DNA of 41,699 nucleotides, taken from the IMG/VR virus record IMGVR_UViG_3300046703_000022, positions 1 through 41,699 of that record. One strand, written 5' to 3'. The translations under genes and the position numbers were made by a program. A model generated the notes under the pieces. It was not told the origin of the DNA and did no database searches. It was given only the letters and a program-made list of their open reading frames with translations. This document shows, one piece after another, positions 29,805-36,550 of this stretch. This stretch comes from a virus. Its lineage: Duplodnaviria; Caudoviricetes. Numbering within the stretch: the first letter of the stretch is position 1; each line of letters starts with the position of its first letter.

Positions 29805-30181
29805 ATAAAGCGAAGGAGTTTTTACAAAATGAAAAGAAGTATATCATTATTGCTATTGTGTTGCTTGTTGTTGGGATTGTCGCCTGGGATGTGTTCAGCA
29901 AACCAAATGGATCAGCAGAAATTGGAGAGGTTAGATCAAATCTTCAATCAGTTGGAGACGAACAACAGCGAACAGCTGATGCAATTGCAGAAAGTAAACG
30001 ACTTGCTGAACAACTCAGACAAGCAAATATTAGAATTGAACAAGCAAGTAACAATATCCAACAGTCAAATAACTCTATTAGAAGCACAGTTGACCAAAGC
30101 GAACAGCTCAATAAGTCAAGCGCAGACCTCATTGCGGATGGCAAACGAATCGTTAAGCAGTTACGAGAAGAAAACAAATGA
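29798..30181 (+). CDS. i-spanin (Rz-like)
   Basis: N-terminal TM (YIIIAIVLLVVGIVAW) plus long coiled coil; follows the lysin. Confidence 0.65.
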   Translation: MLDKAKEFLQNEKKYIIIAIVLLVVGIVAWDVFSKPNGSAEIGEVRSNLQSVGDEQQRTADAIAESKRLAEQLRQANIRIEQASNNIQQSNNSIRSTVDQSEQLNKSSADLIADGKRIVKQLREENK

Positions 30182-30254
30182 TGAGATACGCTCTTTGAGA
30201 TTGCAGAGGGATGTAGTTATTGTGGGGATTGTAGCGTTATTGTTTAAAAAGTGA
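29829..30254 (+). CDS. Overlapping spanin partner (Rz1-equivalent)
   Basis: +1 frame inside the previous gene; AAGGAG RBS; signal peptide, coiled coil, C-terminal hydrophobic tail. Confidence 0.6.
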   Translation: MKRSISLLLLCCLLLGLSPGMCSANQMDQQKLERLDQIFNQLETNNSEQLMQLQKVNDLLNNSDKQILELNKQVTISNSQITLLEAQLTKANSSISQAQTSLRMANESLSSYEKKTNDEIRSLRLQRDVVIVGIVALLFKK

Positions 30255-30255
30255 T

Positions 30256-30333
30256 TTGCTACCGACATCAATGTCGGAGACAAGCGATATTGCCAACGTC
30301 GGCAAAATGGTCGCGAAGTCAATTTCGTTACCA
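30256..30333. repeat. Three tandem imperfect palindromes
   Basis: TTGCTACCGACAT-CA-ATGTCGGAGACAA; TTGCCAACGTCGGCAA; TGGTCGCGAAGTCAATTTCGTTACCA. Confidence 0.7.
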
Positions 30334-30380
30334 AAAAAAGCCACTATCAAGTCGTAATTGACTCGGTAGTGGCTTTTTTA
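30333..30380. terminator. Bidirectional terminator ending the late operon
   Basis: AAAAAAAGCCACTATC...GGTAGTGGCTTTTTT. Confidence 0.85.
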
Positions 30381-30439
30381 TTTAACCTATTATTTTATGC
30401 AGATAAATGTAGAATATACTGTTAATTTTTATAAAACTA

Positions 30440-30448
30440 TGATATAAT
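30440..30448 (+). promoter_or_regulatory. rep promoter (extended -10)
   Basis: TG-A-TATAAT. Confidence 0.65.
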
Positions 30449-30520
30449 AAAACAAAACACCTAATCGCTCTCGACAAGCAATTAGGCATGTTACCCTTAG
30501 CAGAGGGCAATTAATCTATT
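30448..30520 (-). ncRNA. Antisense counter-transcript (ctRNA) to the rep leader, ~70 nt (ends approximate)
   Basis: Downstream of a consensus promoter; two hairpins that pair fully (with G-U) only on the minus strand; the second is followed by UGUUUUGUUUU. Confidence 0.7.
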
Positions 30521-30526
30521 GAGTTA

Positions 30527-30555
30527 ATTATATCAATTTAACCTTCTGCTGTCAA
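30527..30555 (-). promoter_or_regulatory. Consensus sigma-A antisense promoter
   Basis: TTGACA-17 bp-TATAAT on the minus strand. Confidence 0.85.
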
Positions 30556-30577
30556 TAAAGATAGTAGGAGGTTTTTT
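30540..30577 (+). terminator. Attenuator hairpin sequestering the rep RBS
   Basis: 14-bp stem AACCTTCTGCTGTC/GATAGTAGGAGGTT plus T-run; contains AGGAGG. Confidence 0.75.
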
Positions 30578-30579
30578 AT

Positions 30580-31773
30580 ATTTTAGCAATAAACCATATA
30601 CATCAAACGTGTTTATCACCTAATATTCATTTAAATAAGATACATCAAAGTGGAAAAGGATATATATCAATAGCACAAAAGCAAAGCAAATGGAAAGAAA
30701 AATATTATAGTCAATCTGAAATGGCTACGGCCGTAAATGATTGGTCAGGTAATGATATATATACTTCTCAAAATTGCTTTACTGGCCGGCGCCGGTCGTT
30801 AATGACAATAGAACAATTAGAGAACTTATATATAGATATTGATTGTTACAAAAACAATTTTACTCCTGAACATGCTTTATCGTCTGTAGAATACTTGGCC
30901 AATGAAGGTGATATACCATACCCTAGCATGATTGTAATGTCCGGCCGAGGGTTGCAGGTTATATGGAATATCATTCCTGAGCCGGCCGACAAAATACCAG
31001 TATGGCAAGACGTAGAAAACTGGTTATATGGAGAGTTAAAACATCTTGGCGCTGACAAGCAAGCAACAGACGTTGCAAGGGTGTTAAGACTATGCGGAAG
31101 TTATCATAGTGTAACAGGAAATCAAGTCCATTCTTTTGAATATCACGACCGGCCATTTGATCTTGGCCAACTACATGAAACATACATACCGGCGCCAATA
31201 TATAAGCCGATAAAGAAAACTACTGGCCGGCCGGCCAACGTAAAACATTTATTTACTCTTCATTCTTTGTTTTGGAATAGATTGCAGGATATTTGGCACT
31301 TGGTAACTATGCGTGATGGACAGTGTGAAGGAAATAGAGAAATGATATTATTTCTCTATCGGTATCATTCTTGTTGTTTTACTAGTGATCCAAAACAATC
31401 TTTGGCAGATACGTTAGATTTAAATAGTAGATTCCGGCCACCATTGCCAATAAATGAAGCTACTAACGCTACAAAGAGTGCAGAAAGGGCCTATGTAAAG
31501 GACAAGCATTATAAATTCAAAACACAAACAATTATTGATATGCTTGATATTTCCGATGATGAACAAATAGAAATGAAAAATTTGATTAGCAAGAAAGAAA
31601 AGTACCGTAGAAATAATATAAAAAGAAATACTGGCGCCAATACCAATAAACTAAAATCGGTAATTGATTTGTATTGTAGTGGGGTAAATAATGTTAGTGA
31701 AATAGAGAGAGTTACAGGAGTTACTAGAAAAACAGTTAGAAAATATATAGCGGATTGGAATAAGGGTGGGTAA
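30580..31773 (+). CDS. rep: Plasmid-type replication initiator (pIP404-like Rep, primase-like fold with C-terminal HTH); probable ATT start
   Basis: Open frame from ATT30580, 8 nt after AGGAGG; GYISIAQK, DIYTSQNCF, LYIDIDCY, SGRGLQVIW, DVARVLRL.GS, GNREMILF. Confidence 0.8.
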   Translation: MLAINHIHQTCLSPNIHLNKIHQSGKGYISIAQKQSKWKEKYYSQSEMATAVNDWSGNDIYTSQNCFTGRRRSLMTIEQLENLYIDIDCYKNNFTPEHALSSVEYLANEGDIPYPSMIVMSGRGLQVIWNIIPEPADKIPVWQDVENWLYGELKHLGADKQATDVARVLRLCGSYHSVTGNQVHSFEYHDRPFDLGQLHETYIPAPIYKPIKKTTGRPANVKHLFTLHSLFWNRLQDIWHLVTMRDGQCEGNREMILFLYRYHSCCFTSDPKQSLADTLDLNSRFRPPLPINEATNATKSAERAYVKDKHYKFKTQTIIDMLDISDDEQIEMKNLISKKEKYRRNNIKRNTGANTNKLKSVIDLYCSGVNNVSEIERVTGVTRKTVRKYIADWNKGG

Positions 31774-31836
31774 TAAATGCTTCTATAATTAGTAACCAAT
31801 CCTATAGCGTAATTATTATACAGAGGTGGCCAAAAC

Positions 31837-32169
31837 ATGAGCAAAAAGTTTTACGGATTAAAAAGGGACGATTACGAAACGGCCGTAATGTTTATTCAGC
31901 AATTACAGGAGGTTTTCCCCTTAGCATTTCCTAAAAAACCTAAAGATAAAGTACCTTTGATGATAGGAATAGACGAACAATTGTCTAACGAATTTAAAAT
32001 TGACAAGAAAATAATTAATAACTCTTTGAAGTTATGGTGTTGGGGTGGCCGGTACAGATCAGCATTATCTATTATAGGCGCCGGAAGGTTAGATTTGTAT
32101 GGTAATAAAGTAGGATTTGTATTAGATGGCCAACAGCGACCGGTAAATAATAAAAATAAGGTGGTTTGA
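31837..32169 (+). CDS. ProQ/FinO-family RNA chaperone
   Basis: FPLAF...PLMIGI...LKLWC.GGRY...GAGRLDLYG..VG.V matches the FinO-domain signature. Confidence 0.85.
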   Translation: MSKKFYGLKRDDYETAVMFIQQLQEVFPLAFPKKPKDKVPLMIGIDEQLSNEFKIDKKIINNSLKLWCWGGRYRSALSIIGAGRLDLYGNKVGFVLDGQQRPVNNKNKVV

Positions 32170-32175
32170 TGGGAT

Positions 32176-32328
32176 ATGGATATTTTATATAGAGTAATAG
32201 TAATGATATTTATAGTTATTCCAGGTGATTTTATTGCTGAAAAAATAGAAACATTTTGCGAGTGGTTAGAAAAAAAGTGTAATAGGTTTAGAAGATGGTC
32301 ACATTGTTTTTATTATAATATTAAATAA
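32176..32328 (+). CDS. 50-aa small protein with hydrophobic N-terminus
   Basis: MDILYRVIVMIFIVIPG...; last ORF before a terminator. Confidence 0.45.
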   Translation: MDILYRVIVMIFIVIPGDFIAEKIETFCEWLEKKCNRFRRWSHCFYYNIK

Positions 32329-32335
32329 TCCATCT

Positions 32336-32366
32336 GAGGTTAGCCGATTGGTTGACCTCTTTTTTA
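32336..32366 (+). terminator. Intrinsic terminator of the rep-proQ operon
   Basis: GAGGTTAGCC-GATT-GGTTGACCTC followed by a T-run. Confidence 0.8.
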
Positions 32367-32437
32367 TCTTAAAACGTTCGCAAAAGCATTTACAAGTATG
32401 TTAAAGTGTGATACAGTATAATAAAGGTGGTGAATTA

Positions 32438-32614
32438 ATGGATAAACTTTTAGATCCAAATCAGGTGGCTGCAATACTTAATGTATCACCTAAGACTGTC
32501 AGAGACTGGTTGAGAGCAGGTAAATTACAAGGGGTGAGAGCGGGTAAGTTATGGCGAGTAGAAAGCACAGAAGTCGGCAGATTTATCGAAGAAAATAAAA
32601 GTAAACGAAAATAA
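32438..32614 (+). CDS. Excisionase-like HTH_17 DNA-binding protein
   Basis: LLDPNQVAAILNVSPKTVRDWLRAGKLQGVRAGKLWRV. Confidence 0.85.
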   Translation: MDKLLDPNQVAAILNVSPKTVRDWLRAGKLQGVRAGKLWRVESTEVGRFIEENKSKRK

Positions 32615-32615
32615 G

Positions 32616-33017
32616 TGTAAAATTTAAAGAAAGATTGAACATAAGTTGTTTAAATTAGCTTAATTTATTGGTATTTTTTTAAAAGAAAGTTTGAACAAAT
32701 AAAAGGGAGAAGGAAAATGGAATATCAAGAAGGTCAACCATGCCCCGCTTGTAATAGCGATAAAATATCTATACTTCAGACTAGGCAGGTAATTTGGGAA
32801 GTGAATTTAAGCACTGACAAATTAATTAGAAAAGAAAAAGATGGAGCTATAGAATTTTGGCAATATAAATGCAGAAAATGCGGATGGATTAGTGAAAGTT
32901 TTCAAGAATAACGCCTAGTGTATATTTCTTGTTCAAACTATCTTTCAATAAAGTTCAATCTTCCTTTTAAGTATTCAAACTATCTTTAAAATGTACAAAC
33001 TTAGTTTAAAACTAACA
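32616..33017. mobile_element. Non-autonomous Tn7-like mini-transposon (402 bp) with one cargo gene
   Basis: TGT...ACA ends; ATAAG TSD (32611-32615, 33018-33022); 18-bp repeats: 2 at the left end, 4 inverted at the right end. Confidence 0.8.
32717..32911 (+). CDS. Zinc-ribbon cargo protein
   Basis: CPAC...CRKC; AGGGAG RBS. Confidence 0.75.
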   Translation: MEYQEGQPCPACNSDKISILQTRQVIWEVNLSTDKLIRKEKDGAIEFWQYKCRKCGWISESFQE

Positions 33018-33034
33018 ATAAGGATGGTGGGAAA

Positions 33035-33322
33035 ATGATTATACCAACAAGAGAAGTTATTAAACTACAAGAGTTTTTACTTAGTGAGACTTATCGCGTA
33101 TTAACCAGACAAAATCAAATTGACTTGATGCAAACATTACGAGCAGAATGGCAAAAGGTGGATGAACTAACTGAAATGTTAAAACTATTAATTGGGATGT
33201 GTGAAAGTATTGGTACATTTAAAAATGGTGTAGAGTATCAAGGGATGGACCAAGGAGACGTTCAAGCGGATCAAGTTTTATGTGATGCTAGAAATTTATT
33301 AATTGACCAAAAAACAACATAA
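33035..33322 (+). CDS. Hypothetical protein
   Basis: GGATGGTGGG RBS; co-oriented array. Confidence 0.6.
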   Translation: MIIPTREVIKLQEFLLSETYRVLTRQNQIDLMQTLRAEWQKVDELTEMLKLLIGMCESIGTFKNGVEYQGMDQGDVQADQVLCDARNLLIDQKTT

Positions 33323-33335
33323 TGGAGTGTGAGCA

Positions 33336-33494
33336 ATGAAGCTAATAATAAAATCTGGAAAAGAATGTGATATTCAACATACAAATCAAGTAGAGTTTTG
33401 TCCTCATTGCGGAAGGATGATATGTCCTGAAATAATTAGACTACAATTTCCATGTGAATATTGTCATAATTGCGGTGGAAAAGTTGAGTATTAG
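33336..33494 (+). CDS. Small double-CxxC protein (not in ORF track)
   Basis: GGAG RBS; CPHC...CHNC. Confidence 0.55.
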   Translation: MKLIIKSGKECDIQHTNQVEFCPHCGRMICPEIIRLQFPCEYCHNCGGKVEY

Positions 33495-33515
33495 ATAAAT
33501 GGAGCGTGAGCAGAT

Positions 33516-33728
33516 ATGAAGATTAGTGACAAGGAAGTAGCTAATATGTTTTTGCGTGTTATGGAATTTCATTCAATTGGTGAAAATGACGTTATAAGAT
33601 TAATTAGTTCACATGATGAATTATCAAAGAAATTACAAGTCTTACAGCAAGCACATAATGAACTGAAAGAGAAGTTGAAGTTCATCGAATGGAAAGGCAA
33701 TGTAAATATAATGGAGAGTGTTTTATGA
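33516..33728 (+). CDS. Hypothetical protein
   Basis: GGAG RBS; QQAHNELKEKL module. Confidence 0.55.
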   Translation: MKISDKEVANMFLRVMEFHSIGENDVIRLISSHDELSKKLQVLQQAHNELKEKLKFIEWKGNVNIMESVL

Positions 33729-33898
33729 AAAAGTGGAAATGTGACGGTTGCCATAAGGAAATAGAAGTACCAAATAAATATAAACCTAAGTTTTGTTGTG
33801 ATGGCAGAGAAGGAAATTGCCAGTGTATGGGAATAGCCATCAACAAAGCACTATGCAACGATTGTAAAGATGAAACAGAAGGGGTTGGCGCGGAATAA
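33725..33898 (+). CDS. Cys-rich hypothetical protein
   Basis: ATGA overlap; GGAG RBS. Confidence 0.55.
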   Translation: MKKWKCDGCHKEIEVPNKYKPKFCCDGREGNCQCMGIAINKALCNDCKDETEGVGAE

Positions 33899-34278
33899 TG
33901 GAACAAATAAAAATTGATAATTTGAATAAAAAACATTTTAAAATTAAAAAATGTGCATGTAACGCTAATGATTGGGTTTTTAGTGAGTTAAATAATATTT
34001 ATGAATGTAACTTTTGCGATAAAGAAATGACAATTGAATATGTGGATTTATATGTTGCATTTGAAATTACAAAGGAAGATTTAGATAGATGGAAAGAATC
34101 TTCTGCTATCTATAACGAAGAATCTATAAATACCAAAGGTAAAATAGCTGAATTGGAATTGGAATTTAAAGCCGAACAGCAAGCACATAATGATCTCAGG
34201 GAGAAGTTGAAGGAGATAGGTAATTATGATGAGTTGCGAATACTTATACTTGAATTAGGTTTATCAGATCATTATTAG
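33898..34278 (+). CDS. Hypothetical protein
   Basis: TAATG coupling; QQAHNDLREKL module. Confidence 0.6.
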   Translation: MEQIKIDNLNKKHFKIKKCACNANDWVFSELNNIYECNFCDKEMTIEYVDLYVAFEITKEDLDRWKESSAIYNEESINTKGKIAELELEFKAEQQAHNDLREKLKEIGNYDELRILILELGLSDHY

Positions 34279-34289
34279 GAGGACAACAG

Positions 34290-34463
34290 ATGAATATTAA
34301 CGATATCGTAGAAGTAATAGCTAAAATTGATTATCAAGGACTACAAGGTAAAATTATAGAAATAGTAGAAGGTCAACATAAATATAAAGTTAAATTTAAC
34401 GAACAATTATGGTGTTGCTACAGCGAAGATGAATTACAAATAATCAAGGAGGACAGCAAATGA
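34290..34463 (+). CDS. Small SH3/KOW-like protein (not in ORF track)
   Basis: AGGAGG RBS; DIVEVI...GLQGKIIEI...YKVKF...YSEDEL. Confidence 0.55.
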   Translation: MNINDIVEVIAKIDYQGLQGKIIEIVEGQHKYKVKFNEQLWCCYSEDELQIIKEDSK

Positions 34464-34813
34464 AGGATGAAAGATTGTCTGAAATAGAAGAAATGGATGA
34501 AAGCATGGAAGTTAGCGCAAGAGATGAAAATATCATAATGGAATTAATCCAAGCGTTAAGGGATGAACGGGAGAGAAATAAACGATTAGAAGAAACAGTA
34601 AGAGAACAAGATAAATTACAAACTTTTTATAATAAAGAAATATTAAGATATTGTACTATGTATGAAGCAGAACGAAAAAGAGTAGAACACCTGAAAAACG
34701 CACTATATGAGTTAAGCAGCATTATTCACAATGGTAATCCGAGTAATGAACAATTAGAAGAAGTAATTACAAAATATATCCATGGATTAGTTACAGGGAG
34801 ATTAAACTTATGA
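34460..34813 (+). CDS. Coiled-coil hypothetical protein
   Basis: AGGAGG RBS; ELIQALRDER module. Confidence 0.6.
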   Translation: MKDERLSEIEEMDESMEVSARDENIIMELIQALRDERERNKRLEETVREQDKLQTFYNKEILRYCTMYEAERKRVEHLKNALYELSSIIHNGNPSNEQLEEVITKYIHGLVTGRLNL

Positions 34814-35304
34814 TGAATGAGAAAAGATTGGCTGAGATAGAAAGAGTATATGAAATGCAAGACTGGCAACCGGAAGGTGATATTACTTTAGAATTAATCC
34901 AAGCGTTGAGGGACGAACGTTCGAAGTCAGAATGGATTAGTTGTGCTGATCGGTTGCCTGAAGATAAGCAACGAGTGTTAATATATTATCCAAATAAAAG
35001 ATGTACATATAATAATATAGGCGATCATAGTTCTGTAGCGTGGTTTATAAAAGGAATATCAGAAAAAGAAAGAGAGTTAATGAAACAGGGAAAACTTAAA
35101 AACCTAACAAGTGAAGGTTGGTGTGCGTCACAAGGGTGGACAAAGCATAAAAGAAGTGATGTATATAGCAGTGGTGATGTTTTTGGTAATAATACGGTTC
35201 CTTACAAATGGGATGGGGACGGTCCGATGGATTGGAATGGACAAGAAGTTACCCACTGGATGCCATTGCCAAACAAACCTATTGACCAAACGCAACCTAA
35301 ATAA
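34810..35304 (+). CDS. DUF551-domain protein
   Basis: WISCADRLPE...VTHWMPLP. Confidence 0.8.
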   Translation: MMNEKRLAEIERVYEMQDWQPEGDITLELIQALRDERSKSEWISCADRLPEDKQRVLIYYPNKRCTYNNIGDHSSVAWFIKGISEKERELMKQGKLKNLTSEGWCASQGWTKHKRSDVYSSGDVFGNNTVPYKWDGDGPMDWNGQEVTHWMPLPNKPIDQTQPK

Positions 35305-35333
35305 TATGATAGTCAGTAAAAAGGGTTGATATC

Positions 35334-35828
35334 GTGGAACTATACACCTTAGTTGCGTTAACTGAACGGTTTGATACAAAAGAAGCTACAATTCGATTTA
35401 GATTGAAACAATTTAGTGAGTACATAGAAACGGTAGGGCGAGGGAAAAACAGGCGTTACAGTGCCAATGCGTTGCCTGTAATAGAGTTTATCATGGACTG
35501 TTACGGTCAGAATATGAAGTCGTTGCAGATAGGTGACTTACTGGCTGAACAATACCCTAAAATCATTGACGTTGCGATTGAGGAAACTGGAATCGTAAAC
35601 GAAACGGATAGTATAAATGAAGTAGAAATGTTGGATAATGAACAGGTAAGAGCCATGCTTGCGGAGTTATTGAAGCGCGACATAGAAAAGGACAAGCGTA
35701 TTGATTTGTTAGAAAGTAAGTTATTGTGGCAAGGAGAATCGCAGTCAGCAAAGATTAATGATATGGCGATTGCGATCAGTGAAATTAGCAGGGTGCAGCG
35801 TAATAAAAGATGGTGGAAATTGTGGTAA
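35334..35828 (+). CDS. MerR-like HTH + coiled-coil protein with KRWWKLW tail (RacA / pSK1 Par-like)
   Basis: N-terminal wHTH (ATIRFRLKQFSEYI..GRGKNRRYS), coiled coil, C-terminal basic-aromatic motif. Confidence 0.65.
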   Translation: MELYTLVALTERFDTKEATIRFRLKQFSEYIETVGRGKNRRYSANALPVIEFIMDCYGQNMKSLQIGDLLAEQYPKIIDVAIEETGIVNETDSINEVEMLDNEQVRAMLAELLKRDIEKDKRIDLLESKLLWQGESQSAKINDMAIAISEISRVQRNKRWWKLW

Positions 35829-35844
35829 ATAATATATGAAGGAT

Positions 35845-35872
35845 TTAGGCACTTAAACAGTGTCTTTTTTCT
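35845..35872 (+). terminator. Intrinsic terminator
   Basis: AGGCACT-TAAAC-AGTGTCT followed by a T-run. Confidence 0.65.
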
Positions 35873-35953
35873 TTATCTATTTTATTTTTAATATATTTAG
35901 TCATTCGACAATTTATGATATAATTATACATGTTATTGATAATTAAAATCATA

Positions 35954-36007
35954 TTTACTTATTTTATTATTTGGTATATAATGGAATTGCTAGCAAACAA
36001 ATGTTCT
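35954..36007 (+). promoter_or_regulatory. Promoter with downstream LexA-like (Cheo) box
   Basis: TTTACT-17-TATAAT (35954-35982); CAAAC-AAAT-GTTCT (35994-36007). Confidence 0.55.
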
Positions 36008-36035
36008 ACAAACAATATGAGGGGCGGTAATACAT

Positions 36036-36179
36036 GTGGTAGAATACAAGATTGTTGACTTCGGGGATCGACATAAGTGGTTTAAATGGAGTAAAATCGA
36101 TGGAATGTTTTATGTAAGTAAAAGGTATATTAGGTTGTTTAAGTTTAAATTTAAGAAATATAAAGCGCGGGGCTGTTAA
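36036..36179 (+). CDS. 47-aa basic protein convergent with the repressor (not in ORF track)
   Basis: GAGGGG RBS with GTG; MVEYKIVDFGDRHKWF...KARGC. Confidence 0.5.
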   Translation: MVEYKIVDFGDRHKWFKWSKIDGMFYVSKRYIRLFKFKFKKYKARGC

Positions 36180-36550
36180 TCAGTTTTCCGCGCTTTTTTT
36201 ATTTGTATTATAAAATTAATTGCTTCATCTAACTCGGCTGGCGTAATGTCAGCCTTTTTTGCTTTGTCCGCTAAAACTATATAATTTATCAGATTGCTGT
36301 CTGCTAATATATTTTTCGTTTTATTATTAATTTCAAAGTCTTCTAATGAAACATAATTTTCATTTAAGAAAAAATCAACTGGCATTTCAAAATACTTTGC
36401 CATCTTTAAAGTGTTATCTTCTGAAAACTGACTAATACCTCTTTCAACATTGGACACCATGGCAGATGTTACTTCCAGGTACTTTGCCAATTCTGTTGCT
36501 GTTTTACCTTTTTTCTTTCTAACATATCTAACTTTTTCGCCATACTTCAT
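36176..36550 (-). CDS. CI-like XRE-family repressor (no peptidase domain)
   Basis: GEKVRYVRKKKGKTATELAKYLEVTSAMVSNVERG; divergent from the early operon. Confidence 0.88.
   Translation of the reverse strand: MKYGEKVRYVRKKKGKTATELAKYLEVTSAMVSNVERGISQFSEDNTLKMAKYFEMPVDFFLNENYVSLEDFEINNKTKNILADSNLINYIVLADKAKKADITPAELDEAINFIIQIKKARKTD

Noticed and set aside
31760-31836. Replication origin immediately downstream of rep
   Set aside because: Plausible by analogy with pAMbeta1-type replicons, but no iterons or other direct sequence support
32616-32997. Alternative right end of the mini-transposon at ACA 32995-32997
   Set aside because: Flank AACTT does not match ATAAG; the end at 33017 gives a perfect TSD
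32931-33010. Regular repeats as a CRISPR or mini-array
   Set aside because: Period is 20-22 bp with no spacers; better explained as transposon-end binding sites
33001-33010. TTAGTTTAAA matching the putative cI operator half-site
   Set aside because: Lies within the transposon end repeat; short and AT-rich, probably coincidental
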